DNA of 64,000 bases from Ruminococcus sp. (GTDB lineage Bacteria; Bacillota; Clostridia; Oscillospirales; Ruminococcaceae), in assembly GCA_024403935.1 (NCBI GenBank), contig JAKSQV010000002.1, positions 22,492-86,491 of the forward strand. Reading direction: 5' to 3'. The position numbers and the translations under genes were made by a program. Shown here piece after piece: positions 8,566 through 19,768 of this stretch. Below the pieces are notes generated by a model that was not told the DNA's origin, did no database searches, and saw only the letters and a list, made by a program, of their open reading frames with translations. Numbering within the stretch: the first letter of the stretch is position 1; each line of letters opens with the position of its first letter.

Positions 8566-9772
8566 ATAAAAAAGTCATCACAAATTTTGTTCCGCTGCCC
8601 TCCTCTGAAAATACAGTTATGTCGCCTGAATGAGCGATGGCTATTTTCTGTGCGATGGACAAGCCTATCCCGACACTCTTCATGCTTCTGTCACCTGTCG
8701 CTCTGCCGAACCGCTCAAAAAGCCGCGGTATATCCTCCTGTGGTATGCCGATGCCGTTGTCGGTTACAGACAGCTTTACCACTGATGTCAGTGCTTCGGC
8801 TTCGATGCGCAGCTCTGAGCAGTCTGAATGGTCTGCGGCATTCTTGATGATATTCTCTATTGCCTCACAGAGCCATGCTCTGTCATGTGCAAACACAATA
8901 TCATCGGGACAGTCAAGCTCTGCTGAAATACCGTTTTCACGCAGGAGCGGTGCTATTCTTGTTATTGCTTCGCGGCAGGTATCCGCAAGCTTCTGCTCCT
9001 TCATTTCATACCGGACAGCTCCTGCACTCAGCTTTGCAAGCTTCAGTGCAGTAATCACAAGCTCCTCCATACCTTCGATATTAGCTTCCATCTCGTCTGA
9101 AAGCTGTCTGCGGCGTTCAGGCTCAATACCATCGACTTCGGTTAAAATATCACTGTTCAGACGAATGACCGCAAGTGATGTCTTGAGCTGATGTGAAAGG
9201 TCGGCAAGAAAATCGGCGATCCCGTTTTTCGCCTCGGCAAGCTGTGAATTTACGACCCCGAGCCTCCGCGATGTAAGGGCGAGGCTGTCAGAGAGCTGCC
9301 TGATACAGCTCATATCATCTCCGACCATTTCGGGAGCTGCTATCAGCCGCTCCGACAGGTCAAGACACTGTGCACGCACACGCTCAACACCTCCGTAAAC
9401 CCGAAAAAGCTGACTCATTCCGAAAACGAGCCATATCAGGTCAGCCACGGCAGCCGCTCCGACTCCGTAAAGGAAGATCTTCATGCGAAGCTCTGAGTAG
9501 CCGTCCATCAGACGCGGACTCATATCTGCGCTGATACCATAGCTTTTCGCAAGCTCTGCGCCGCTCTGTACATATTCCTCAGCGGGAACGTCGGTGAATC
9601 TCTGTCCTGCGTAAAAGGACAGCATTCCCCTGATGCGTTCCTCCACTGCCGTATCGGCAAGTGCTCCCGAAATAAGATACCATACTCCTGCTGCCAGAAA
9701 CAGCATGACCGCGAACATAAGCAGCATACGCTTAGGCTCGCGGTTATTTATCAGCTTATCTGTTCTGTCCAT
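8561..9772 (-). CDS. Sensor histidine kinase
   Basis: Two TM helices; LSHQLKT H-box, ENIIKNA N-box, DNGIGI, GIGLSIA. Confidence 0.92.
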   Translation of the reverse strand: MDRTDKLINNREPKRMLLMFAVMLFLAAGVWYLISGALADTAVEERIRGMLSFYAGQRFTDVPAEEYVQSGAELAKSYGISADMSPRLMDGYSELRMKIFLYGVGAAAVADLIWLVFGMSQLFRVYGGVERVRAQCLDLSERLIAAPEMVGDDMSCIRQLSDSLALTSRRLGVVNSQLAEAKNGIADFLADLSHQLKTSLAVIRLNSDILTEVDGIEPERRRQLSDEMEANIEGMEELVITALKLAKLSAGAVRYEMKEQKLADTCREAITRIAPLLRENGISAELDCPDDIVFAHDRAWLCEAIENIIKNAADHSDCSELRIEAEALTSVVKLSVTDNGIGIPQEDIPRLFERFGRATGDRSMKSVGIGLSIAQKIAIAHSGDITVFSEEGSGTKFVMTFLL

Positions 9773-10356
9773 TTGTAGCCCACACCTCTCTTTGTGACGA
9801 TCTGTCCTCCGCCGCTTTCCCTGAGCTTGTCACGCAGACGGCTGATATTCACGGACAGGGTATTATCATTGACAAAGCAGCCCTTGGAATCCCAGAGATA
9901 CGCGAGTATCTGATCTCTTGTGAGGAACCTCTCCCTGTTGAGCATCAGATACTCAAGGAGCTTCTGTTCCACAGCCGTAAGCTCGATCTCGGGAAGCTGT
10001 ACTGTACATCTGCGCAGAACGGCTCTAACCCTTGACAGCAGCACTTTAAGCCGGAACGGCTTTGTGATATAGTCATCTCCACCGAGGTCAAGTCCGCGCA
10101 GTATGTCAGCTTCTTCATCGTAAGAAGTAATAAAGATTATCGGTATGTCAGAGCTCTGACGAACCGCCTTGCAAAGCTCGAATCCGCTCTTGTCAGGAAG
10201 CGATACATCAAGCAGCAGCATATCGGCATCTGCGATGCATCTCTCTGCTTCCTCGGCAGAATACGCCTGTATCACGTCATATCCGTCAGAACGCAGTGCG
10301 AGACAAATACTGCTGCTGAGCGTTTTATCATCCTCGGTCAGAAGGATCCTTGACAT
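9751..10356 (-). CDS. OmpR-family response regulator
   Basis: LTEDD, LLDVSLPD, DDYITKPF receiver domain; NTLSVNISRLRDKL...TKRGVGY winged helix. Confidence 0.92.
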   Translation of the reverse strand: MSRILLTEDDKTLSSSICLALRSDGYDVIQAYSAEEAERCIADADMLLLDVSLPDKSGFELCKAVRQSSDIPIIFITSYDEEADILRGLDLGGDDYITKPFRLKVLLSRVRAVLRRCTVQLPEIELTAVEQKLLEYLMLNRERFLTRDQILAYLWDSKGCFVNDNTLSVNISRLRDKLRESGGGQIVTKRGVGYKWTEQIS

Positions 10357-10392
10357 ATTGCACCTCCGTTAATATAAATGTTCACCTGATTC

Positions 10393-10421
10393 ATTCTATC
10401 ATATCTCCTATGAATTATCAA
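10393..10421 (-). promoter_or_regulatory. SigA-type promoter of the two-component operon
   Basis: TTGATA-N17-TAGAAT on the minus strand. Confidence 0.55.
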
Positions 10422-10520
10422 GCACAAACCCCACAGTGCTTCTGTACATCCGATGACGGGGATCACCATTTCCCGCAGCATCGGGAACGTTATCTCATTT
10501 TTGTCATATATCAGCAATAC

Positions 10521-10558
10521 AAAAACCGTCAGGCCGATCTGTACGACCTGACGGTTTC
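10521..10558. terminator. Intrinsic terminator after GGDEF gene
   Basis: aaaccgtcagg...cctgacggttt with T tract on the minus strand. Confidence 0.7.
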
Positions 10559-10559
10559 T

Positions 10560-12465
10560 TTATTCATCAGATTCAGAGCTTTCTTCTGCTTGCTTTTGCT
10601 CCATAGCTATTCTTGAATTTTTCTTTGTCCTCTTGACCTCGTACGCTGTAAAGAGTTTCACTACTATCAGGCACCTTGATTATGCTGCCGACACTTGCCG
10701 AAATGGTATACGGCTTGCGGTAAATAGCATTGATACTATCAAGCTTTGTATTGAGATGTCTGACAAGCGCATCATCATCGCCTTTGGAAGCCTTATTGTT
10801 GAATATTACGAACTCATCGCCTCCGAAGCGGGCACATATACTGCCCTTCTTCATGCAATCCTTGATAACATCAGCGAGCCGCTGTATCGCAAAGTCGCCC
10901 TCATCATGGCCATAGTTATCATTAATGAACTTCAGTCCATCCATATCTATGAAGGTGAGCATGATCTTATTCTTCTGGGTAATGCTGGATTTGAACAGGT
11001 CATCAGCAAGCCTAATGAATCCGTTTCTGTTGTATACATTACACAGAGGATCAATGACATAAAGCCTGTTGAGCTCCGACATAGCCTTGTTCAGATGAGA
11101 AAGCTTGCGGAGGTTCTCGAAAGCGTTGCTGACGCTCATTGCAAAGGTATGGCACAGCAGATTCGTTATCGGGAAGTCACCGTTCGTGATTATGAAGTAT
11201 CCGAATACCCTGTCGTTGAAGTGCAGCGGAAGGAAATAGCTTATGTTTCCACCTGCCTCAGGCGGCTCGGGATACATCTGGCAGCAGGTAAATAACTCGA
11301 TGCAGGTCGTCTCACCCTTGTTCCAGATAAGCGGAGCAGTCATGCAGTGTTCGGATGATATGGCTGACGCATTATTTGAAAATGTCTCCTGCCAGTCCTC
11401 CTTGAGACACAGATCAAACCGCTCGCATCCGATCTCAGCGATAAATTCCTTAATAACATTCAGAGTATCATCAGCATTCTCCGTCTCAGCAAGTCTTGCT
11501 GAAAGTATATTGAGCTTCTGAGTCTTGTCATTGGTGTCCTCGATTTTGTTGTGAGTGCGCTTGCGGTACTCACTGAAATGGTTCACACCGTCTATTGCAC
11601 CGACACATCCGCAGCTCTCAGTGAAAACGCACTCTGCCTCTATGTGTTCGATCATCGGTTCTTTTCCGTCGATAATATCAAGGATCGCACTGCAGGCAGC
11701 AGCTCCCGCACGTCTGAGCGGACGCTTCACCGATGTCATAGCAGGACAGTAATTACGTGCACTGAAGGTATTGTCGAAGCCAGTAACTATAACATCCAGC
11801 GGAACGCAAAAGCCGTACTTTTCAAGCGTGCTGACAGCAGTCAGAGCCATTGCATCATTGGCGCATATAAAAGCGTCGGGAAGAGCCCTTCCTGACTTCA
11901 TATACTGCTCTATCGCAGCCTTTCCGTCATACGGACGAAACTCACCGTAATAAATATCTTCCTCATTTACGGACAGTCCATTCTCAGCCATTACCTCACG
12001 GAAGGCATTGAGACGTTCAACCGCTTCAGGGTTTGACATAGGACCGGATATGTAATTGAGTTTCTTTGCGCCGTGCTCCTGAATGACATGGCGGACCATA
12101 TTGCGCATAGCGGCAGTATTGTCTATGTTTATATTGATAAATTCCGGATAATCGGCACAGTCAAAAACAACAGCAGGCAGCTTTGCCTCCTTGACTTTGC
12201 TGATGATACGCTCTCTGACAGCCATATCGTTTATGCAGTTGGTCATAAGAATGGCACCGTCAAAACATTCAAGATCAGCCACATCGTACATACTGTACTC
12301 GCCGATATCAAATATCTTGCTGTCGAGCATACCTCCATAAGCTGCAAAATATGAGACATTAACGTTATTGTGCCTTGCAAAATCGTTTATGCCGGTGATA
12401 ACATTGTTCTGATACTCCTCATCAAGTCCCGCAACAAATACAGCAACATTAACTATCTTTCTCAT
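10560..12465 (-). CDS. Sugar-binding (LacI/periplasmic-binding fold) + GGDEF protein; apparent frameshift near the 3' end
   Basis: AFICANDAMA, VTGFD, DPLCNVYNR, DMDGLKFINDNYGHDEGD, RFGGDEF. As sequenced the ORF ends at 10573; a native-looking tail YEVKRTKK...ESDE lies in another frame ending at 10560. Confidence 0.85.
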
Positions 12466-12797
12466 GTTTTTCTCCTTTTAACAAAAAGAATGGTTATTGC
12501 ATATAAATTATAGCACTTTTTACTCACAAATAAAAGAGGAAAAGTGCAAATAGCAGAATTTCGTGAAACTGCACACATATCGCCCTTGTTTTTTGGTAAA
12601 TTCGCATATCAGTCTGCTCTTTACTTTTTTGCTTTTTTGTGTTAAAATGATTTTATACGATTTATAGCTTTACAGCTTTTATACGCTAAAGTCAGAAGCC
12701 GTCCACTAAGCGTACACCTGCAATTCTTTGCTTTGTACATACAAGCTTCAACGTGCTTTGTCCGGTGGATATGAGCTTCAGGAAAGGACAAATAATT

Positions 12798-14432
12798 ATG
12801 CCGATTACGGAATTGCTCACAAGAAACGCAGATTTATACGGCAGCGATGTTGCACTCGTTGAGGTCAACCCCGAGATTACCGAGATACGCCGCAAGACAT
12901 GGAAGGAGTACGAGCTTATCGAGCCCAGTCCCGAATGCTGCTACCGCCGTGAGATTACTTGGAAGGTATTTGATGAAAAAGCCAACCGCTTTGCCAATAT
13001 GCTCATAGGGAGAGGTGTCAGAAAGGGAGACAAGGTCGGCATACTGCTGATGAACTGTCTTGAATGGCTGCCGATATACTTCGGAATCCTCAAAACAGGA
13101 GCTCTTGCAGTCCCCCTGAATTTCCGCTACACAGCCGATGAGATAAAATACTGTCTCGACCTTGCAGAGGTCGATGTCCTCATGTTCGGTCCCGAATTTA
13201 TCGGACGTGTAGAGGAGATCGCCGAGGATATCAGCAAGAATCGTCTCCTGTTCTATGTAGGCGAAGGCTGCCCCTCGTTTGCCGAGCACTATGACAGCAA
13301 CGTTGCAAACTCGTCCAGTGAAGCTCCCGACATAAAGCTCACCGATGACGATGATGCTGCAATATACTTCTCATCAGGAACAACAGGCTTCCCCAAGGCT
13401 ATTCTTCACAAGCACCGCAGCCTTGTCCACTCAGCAAAATGCGAACAGAACCATCACGGTCAGACACGCGATGATGTGTTCCTCTGCATTCCTCCGCTTT
13501 ACCACACAGGCGCAAAAATGCACTGGTTCGGCAGTCTCCAGTCGGGCAGCAAGGCTGTTCTCCTCAAGGGAGTTAAACCGAAGTCGATAATCGAAACTGT
13601 TTCAAATGAGCTTTGCTCGATAGTATGGCTGCTTGTACCGTGGGCACAGGATATTCTCGACGCTATCGACCGCGGTGAGATTGACACATCAGAGTATGAG
13701 CTTTCTCAGTGGAGACTCATGCACATCGGCGCACAGCCTGTTCCTCCGTCGCTCATTGCACGCTGGAAGGAGCATTTCCCGAATCATCAGTACGATACGA
13801 ACTACGGTCTCAGCGAATCCATTGGCCCAGGCTGCGTTCATCTCGGCGTGGAGAACATCCACAAGGTCGGAGCTATCGGAAAGGCAGGCTTTGGCTGGGA
13901 GGTTAAGATCGCCGATGAAAACGGCAATACAGTCGAGCGCGGACAGGTCGGTGAGCTCTATGTAAAGGGTCCCGGAGTCATGACCTGCTATTACCGCGAC
14001 GAAAAAGCAACATCCGAAACTCTGAAGGACGGCTGGCTCCTTACAGGTGATATGGCTCAGGAGGACGAGGACGGTTTCATCTACCTCGTTGACCGCAAGA
14101 AGGATGTTATCATCAGCGGCGGCGAAAATCTCTATCCCGTTCAGATCGAGGACTTCCTCCGCGCACATCCCGCTGTCAAGGACGTTGCCGTGATCGGTCT
14201 CCCCGACAAGCGTCTCGGTGAGATAGCAGCCGCAATAATCTCGATAAAGGAAGGCATTGAATGCTCCGAGGACGAGATAAATACATTCTGTCAGAAGATG
14301 CCGCGCTATAAGAGACCGCACAAGATCATCTTCGCAGATGTTCCGAGAAATCCCACAGGAAAGATTGAAAAGCCCAAGCTTCGCGAAAAGTACTGCGGTG
14401 AGAGCCTTGTTGCAAAGCAGATAAAGAACTGA
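12798..14432 (+). CDS. AMP-dependent acyl-CoA synthetase / class I adenylate-forming enzyme
   Basis: YFSSGTTGFPKA, NYGLSE, TGDMA, DRKKDVIISGGENLYP, RNPTGKI; AGGAAAGGA RBS. Confidence 0.92.
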   Translation: MPITELLTRNADLYGSDVALVEVNPEITEIRRKTWKEYELIEPSPECCYRREITWKVFDEKANRFANMLIGRGVRKGDKVGILLMNCLEWLPIYFGILKTGALAVPLNFRYTADEIKYCLDLAEVDVLMFGPEFIGRVEEIAEDISKNRLLFYVGEGCPSFAEHYDSNVANSSSEAPDIKLTDDDDAAIYFSSGTTGFPKAILHKHRSLVHSAKCEQNHHGQTRDDVFLCIPPLYHTGAKMHWFGSLQSGSKAVLLKGVKPKSIIETVSNELCSIVWLLVPWAQDILDAIDRGEIDTSEYELSQWRLMHIGAQPVPPSLIARWKEHFPNHQYDTNYGLSESIGPGCVHLGVENIHKVGAIGKAGFGWEVKIADENGNTVERGQVGELYVKGPGVMTCYYRDEKATSETLKDGWLLTGDMAQEDEDGFIYLVDRKKDVIISGGENLYPVQIEDFLRAHPAVKDVAVIGLPDKRLGEIAAAIISIKEGIECSEDEINTFCQKMPRYKRPHKIIFADVPRNPTGKIEKPKLREKYCGESLVAKQIKN

Positions 14433-14583
14433 ATATCAAAAGTGCAGGTCAGTCAAGGGGAGCCCCTTTTGGCGGATTCGCAGGTCACCTTATATGTAAC
14501 GTAAGTTTACGGCTCGGTAACCTGCTGTTTCCGTTAAGCGGAGCAGCCTAAAGCCTGCACTTTTTTTGAAAGGAAATATTATT

Positions 14584-14973
14584 ATGAATATTGAAGAAGT
14601 AAGAGAAATGTTCTCAAAGGACCGCTTTGCCACGGAGAACGGCATGGTCATCGACGAGATCGGCGACCACAGTGCCGTATGCAGCCTTGTCATTACCGAA
14701 CGCCACCTCAATGCAATGGGAAACGTCATGGGCGGAGTTCACTACACACTTGCTGACTTCGCATTTGCTGTTGCTTCAAACTGGCAGAAAGCAGGAGTTG
14801 TCGGCATCAGCAACAGCATCGCATACCTCTCCACCGTCAAGGGCAGCAAGCTCATAGCAAAGGCTTCGCTCCTGAAGGAGGGCAGAAGCACCTGCGTATA
14901 CAATGTTGAGATAACGGACGATCTCGGAACAAAAATAGCAACAGTTCAGTGTACAGGATTCCATGTGAATTGA
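14584..14973 (+). CDS. PaaI family hotdog-fold thioesterase
   Basis: HLNAMGNVMGGVHYTLADFAF, KEGRSTCVYNVEI. Confidence 0.85.
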   Translation: MNIEEVREMFSKDRFATENGMVIDEIGDHSAVCSLVITERHLNAMGNVMGGVHYTLADFAFAVASNWQKAGVVGISNSIAYLSTVKGSKLIAKASLLKEGRSTCVYNVEITDDLGTKIATVQCTGFHVN

Positions 14974-15099
14974 CCTCATGTCAGCCTGCGTCATTGCAGT
15001 AAACGGCGTGTTCCGACAAATATTGCGAAAAGCATTGACTTTTTCCGACAAAGGGATTATAATATAAATCGCGTGAATACTTCGACAGGAGTGCGATTT

Positions 15100-15891
15100 A
15101 TGAAACAGATAGAAATATACCTGAGTAAGCTCGCCTCACACAGTGAGCTTTACTCAGAAGCTGCAAAAAAACTCGGTGCAGAGCATATTGACGGCGGTGA
15201 TGAGCTCCGCAGACTGCTCAGCTCTGTCAGCGAGGATGTCAAATACATGATATACGAGTCGAACGAAGACATCATCAATGACTCAGTTCGTGAGATAATC
15301 GGCATTTTCACAGAAGCGGCAGAGGAATCTGCTCACATCTCCGCAGAGATCATCGAGGACGAATTTCTCAACCTCATTGACTCAGAGTCACATCTGACAT
15401 CGGATTCAAAGCCGCGAAGCCTTGTTCATCGTGACGGCGAGCTTCATCCTGCGGTGCATATATGGATAATCAAGCGCAAGGATATGGGCATCTATGTGCT
15501 GCTCCAGAAACGCTCACATGAAAAGAACATCGCTCCTGACTGCTACGATGTATCTGCGGCAGGTCATGTCGGACAGGGTGAGGAGTTCCGCAGCACGGCT
15601 GTCCGAGAAACAGCCGAGGAGCTCGGACTGAAGATACACGGAAGCCGTCTTGAACTGATAGGTCTGCTCAGAAACAGCTACACATCCGACAACATCATTG
15701 ACAATGAGCTGCGCGCGGTATATCTCTGCCGTGAGGACATAGACATAAGCAAACTTGTTCTGCAATCATCTGAAGTCTCGGACGTCTGCTGGGCTGAGAT
15801 AGACGAGCTTCTTGCCGTCATGGATGACGGAAGCTTCAAGCACTGTCTCTCCCTTGAAGAACTGGCAATGATAAAAAAAGCTGTATTTTAA
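15100..15891 (+). CDS. NUDIX hydrolase (IPP-isomerase-like) with N-terminal extension
   Basis: VHRDGELHPAVHIW, LLQKRS, SAAGHVGQGEEFRSTAVRETAEELG Nudix box. Confidence 0.85.
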   Translation: MKQIEIYLSKLASHSELYSEAAKKLGAEHIDGGDELRRLLSSVSEDVKYMIYESNEDIINDSVREIIGIFTEAAEESAHISAEIIEDEFLNLIDSESHLTSDSKPRSLVHRDGELHPAVHIWIIKRKDMGIYVLLQKRSHEKNIAPDCYDVSAAGHVGQGEEFRSTAVRETAEELGLKIHGSRLELIGLLRNSYTSDNIIDNELRAVYLCREDIDISKLVLQSSEVSDVCWAEIDELLAVMDDGSFKHCLSLEELAMIKKAVF

Positions 15892-15893
15892 GC

Positions 15894-15926
15894 AAAAAGC
15901 GGAAGGTATGACCTTCCGCTTTTTTT
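15894..15926. terminator. Bidirectional intrinsic terminator
   Basis: aaaaagcggaagg-tatga-ccttccgctttttt. Confidence 0.85.
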
Positions 15927-16494
15927 ATAGTATCCCAAGCCCGTCAAGCAGCAGCTTAACGCCGATAAGCACGAGCACCAGTCCACCTGCAAATTCCGCT
16001 TTTTTCTCATATTTGCTTCCGAAGCGGTTGCCGATGACGACACCGATAAGGCTTGTCACAAACGTGATAGCTCCGATAACTATGACAGAGCTTACAACGG
16101 GCGTTTTCTGAGCCGCAAATACGACTCCGACCGCAAGCGCGTCAATGCTTGTGGCAATGGCAAGTACTAACAGTTCACCAATATTGAGCCTGTACTCCTG
16201 CTGAGGCTCGTCGCTGCTTTCAGCGCGAAAGGTCTCAAATATCATTTTTCCGCCGATAAAGCCGAGAAGTATAAATGCCACCCAATGGCTGTAACGGCTT
16301 ATGAACTGCTCAAAACGGCTTCCGAGGAAGTAGCCTATCAGCGGCATTCCTCCCTGAAACACACCAAAAAACAGAGCAATAAGGAATGCTCCTTTGTAGT
16401 CGATCTTCTTCATGCTGAGGCCCTTGCATACAGAAACAGAAAAAGCATCCATTGCAAGTCCGAGCGAAAGAAGGATCAATTCAGTCCAACTCAT
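15925..16494 (-). CDS. mntP: Manganese efflux pump MntP
   Basis: LGLAMDAFSVSVCKG, FQGGMPLIG, LAIATSIDALAVG repeats. Confidence 0.9.
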   Translation of the reverse strand: MSWTELILLSLGLAMDAFSVSVCKGLSMKKIDYKGAFLIALFFGVFQGGMPLIGYFLGSRFEQFISRYSHWVAFILLGFIGGKMIFETFRAESSDEPQQEYRLNIGELLVLAIATSIDALAVGVVFAAQKTPVVSSVIVIGAITFVTSLIGVVIGNRFGSKYEKKAEFAGGLVLVLIGVKLLLDGLGIL

Positions 16495-16647
16495 ATTCAA
16501 ACCTCACATACAAAAACAGGCTGCGGCACAGACCGCCTGATGATCCATGATACATTGTATTCGTCCGCAATTCAGCAGATTCGCTATTGTGAAAGAATAC
16601 ATCCTGTAAGAATCAAGGGCGGAAGCACCGCACTTATTTCTGATATA

Positions 16648-17382
16648 TTATTCCTCGTCGGGCATATCCCAGTTGTGGTAAACGTTCTGAACGTCGTCGT
16701 TGTCCTCAAGGTGCTCAAGGAGAAGGTTCATCTTCTTGATGTGATCCTCGTCTGTGAGCGTGGTATATGTTGCAGGAACCATCTCTGCTTCAGCAGAAAG
16801 CACATTGTATCCCTTTGCGGTAAGTCCCTCTCTGACAGCAGAAACGTTCTCAGGAGCGCACTCGATCTCAACGCTTTCCTCTGAAATGTCGAAATCATCT
16901 CCGCCGCACTCGAATACATCTTCCATAACTGCATCCTCGTCAAGACCTGTATTCTCAAGGACAACGATACCCTTCTTGGCGAACATGAAGGATACGCATC
17001 CGGTTGTACCGAGGTTGCCGCCGAACTTGTCAAAATAGTGGCGGATATCACCGGCTGTACGGTTCTTGTTGTCGGTAAGGCACTCAACGATAACAGCTAC
17101 GCCGTTAGGACCATATCCCTCGTAAGTAAGATTCTCGTAGTTGTTCTTGTCCTCACCGCCTGCTGCCTTCTTGATAACGCGGTCGATATTGTCATTAGGC
17201 ACATTGTTTGCCTTAGCCTTTGCAATAAGGTCGCGGAGCTTGGCATTGTTGGCAGGATCGGGACCGCCCTCACGAACAACAACGGTGATCTCTCTGCCGA
17301 TTTTTGTGAATATCTTGCCCTTTACAGCATCTGTTGCTTCCTTCTTGCGCTTGATATTATTCCATTTTGAATGACCTGACAT
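16648..17382 (-). CDS. yebC: YebC/PmpR family protein
   Basis: MSGHSKWNNIKRKK, YEGYGPNG, TDNKNRT, DDVQNVYHN. Confidence 0.95.
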   Translation of the reverse strand: MSGHSKWNNIKRKKEATDAVKGKIFTKIGREITVVVREGGPDPANNAKLRDLIAKAKANNVPNDNIDRVIKKAAGGEDKNNYENLTYEGYGPNGVAVIVECLTDNKNRTAGDIRHYFDKFGGNLGTTGCVSFMFAKKGIVVLENTGLDEDAVMEDVFECGGDDFDISEESVEIECAPENVSAVREGLTAKGYNVLSAEAEMVPATYTTLTDEDHIKKMNLLLEHLEDNDDVQNVYHNWDMPDEE

Positions 17383-17413
17383 AGCCTTTTCTCCTTTGTC
17401 TTAATTCGTTGTA

Positions 17414-17827
17414 TCATATTTCAGCAGATACGTCAGCATCTGCGATAATCCTGTCAAACAGCTCATATATGCGTTCTGTGCTGCCGATCAGAAAGAGGTA
17501 TCCGAACAGGCTCTCAACGGCTGTTGCGCGCCTGTATTCAGCTGTATCCGCATGTTTGGGAACGGTATTTCCCGTAGCATTTCTGCCCCGCTTCAGGACT
17601 GAAAGTTCCTTCTCGCTGAGGATCTCCTCAAGTCTGCCGTAAGCCTCGGACTGAAACTCCGCACACACGAGCTTCACCTTAGCGGAGTGGAGCTTCGCAA
17701 CGGGCATATTTGCCATACGAAGGAGATACTCCCTCACAAGCGTATCATAAACGCTGTCTCCGAGAAACGCGAGACTCAGCGGACTGTACGTATTTGCCTC
17801 ACGTTCTGTAAGCTTTTTATTATTCAT
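17414..17827 (-). CDS. mrnC: Mini-ribonuclease 3
   Basis: LAFLGDSVY, KRGRNA, YRRATAVESLFGYL; no dsRBD. Confidence 0.9.
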   Translation of the reverse strand: MNNKKLTEREANTYSPLSLAFLGDSVYDTLVREYLLRMANMPVAKLHSAKVKLVCAEFQSEAYGRLEEILSEKELSVLKRGRNATGNTVPKHADTAEYRRATAVESLFGYLFLIGSTERIYELFDRIIADADVSAEI

Positions 17828-17828
17828 T

Positions 17829-19118
<1,290 letters not shown>

Positions 19119-19168
19119 TTAAAGAAAAATCCCAAGCAAACGCTCGGGATTTATGACGCAAAAAATTG

Positions 19169-19450
19169 TTACTGCTCTGTGTAAACAGAAACCTTCTTAC
19201 GGTCACGACCGTAACGCTCAAACTTTACTCTTCCGCTTACAGTAGCGAATAATGTATCATCAGAACCGATACCTACGCCCTCACCGGGATGAATGTGTGT
19301 ACCTCTCTGACGAACGAGAATGTTGCCTGCCTGAACGAACTGACCGTCAGCTCTCTTGACACCGAGTCTCTTTGACTCAGAATCACGACCGTTCTTTGTA
19401 GAACCAACACCCTTCTTATGAGCGAAGAACTGAATGCTAACCTTTATCAT
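19169..19450 (-). CDS. rpmA: 50S ribosomal protein L27 (with Prp-cleaved N-terminal extension)
   Basis: [24 protein letters not shown]. Confidence 0.97.
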   Translation of the reverse strand: MIKVSIQFFAHKKGVGSTKNGRDSESKRLGVKRADGQFVQAGNILVRQRGTHIHPGEGVGIGSDDTLFATVSGRVKFERYGRDRKKVSVYTEQ

Positions 19451-19453
19451 TAT

Positions 19454-19768
19454 TTACACCTCCGAATATGAGATTCTGATAGTTTCCGGGTACTCACCGC
19501 ATATCATGCCAAGCTGCTGCACGAGCATATCCATAACAGCGTGTGCTCTTTCATCAGGCTTGTCTGTGACACAGAGCATAACGTTATCCTCTGCATACGC
19601 TTCAGCCTCTATATGAAAGCCGTCCGTTATGATGTTTGCCGCCAGCATACACGCCGATGTTACCGCAGCGCAGACGATATCCTGTCCGCTGTCTGCATAT
19701 CCTGCGTGACCTGTTACACGGAAGCCGCGGAATTGTTTTTCTGACTGATAGACCTCAGCACTGATCAT
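19454..19768 (-). CDS. prp: Ribosomal-processing cysteine protease Prp
   Basis: [17 protein letters not shown]; located between rplU and rpmA. Confidence 0.92.
   Translation of the reverse strand: MISAEVYQSEKQFRGFRVTGHAGYADSGQDIVCAAVTSACMLAANIITDGFHIEAEAYAEDNVMLCVTDKPDERAHAVMDMLVQQLGMICGEYPETIRISYSEV

Noticed and set aside
10448-10487. Hairpin CCGATG...CATCGG upstream of the response regulator
   Set aside because: Lies upstream of the predicted promoter and matches no RNA family I recognise; insufficient support.
14438-14567. 6S RNA
   Set aside because: Shorter than typical 6S, no obvious own promoter or large central bubble; kept only as an unassigned hairpin.
16495-16647. yybP-ykoY manganese riboswitch
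   Set aside because: Signature sequence not found on the minus strand.
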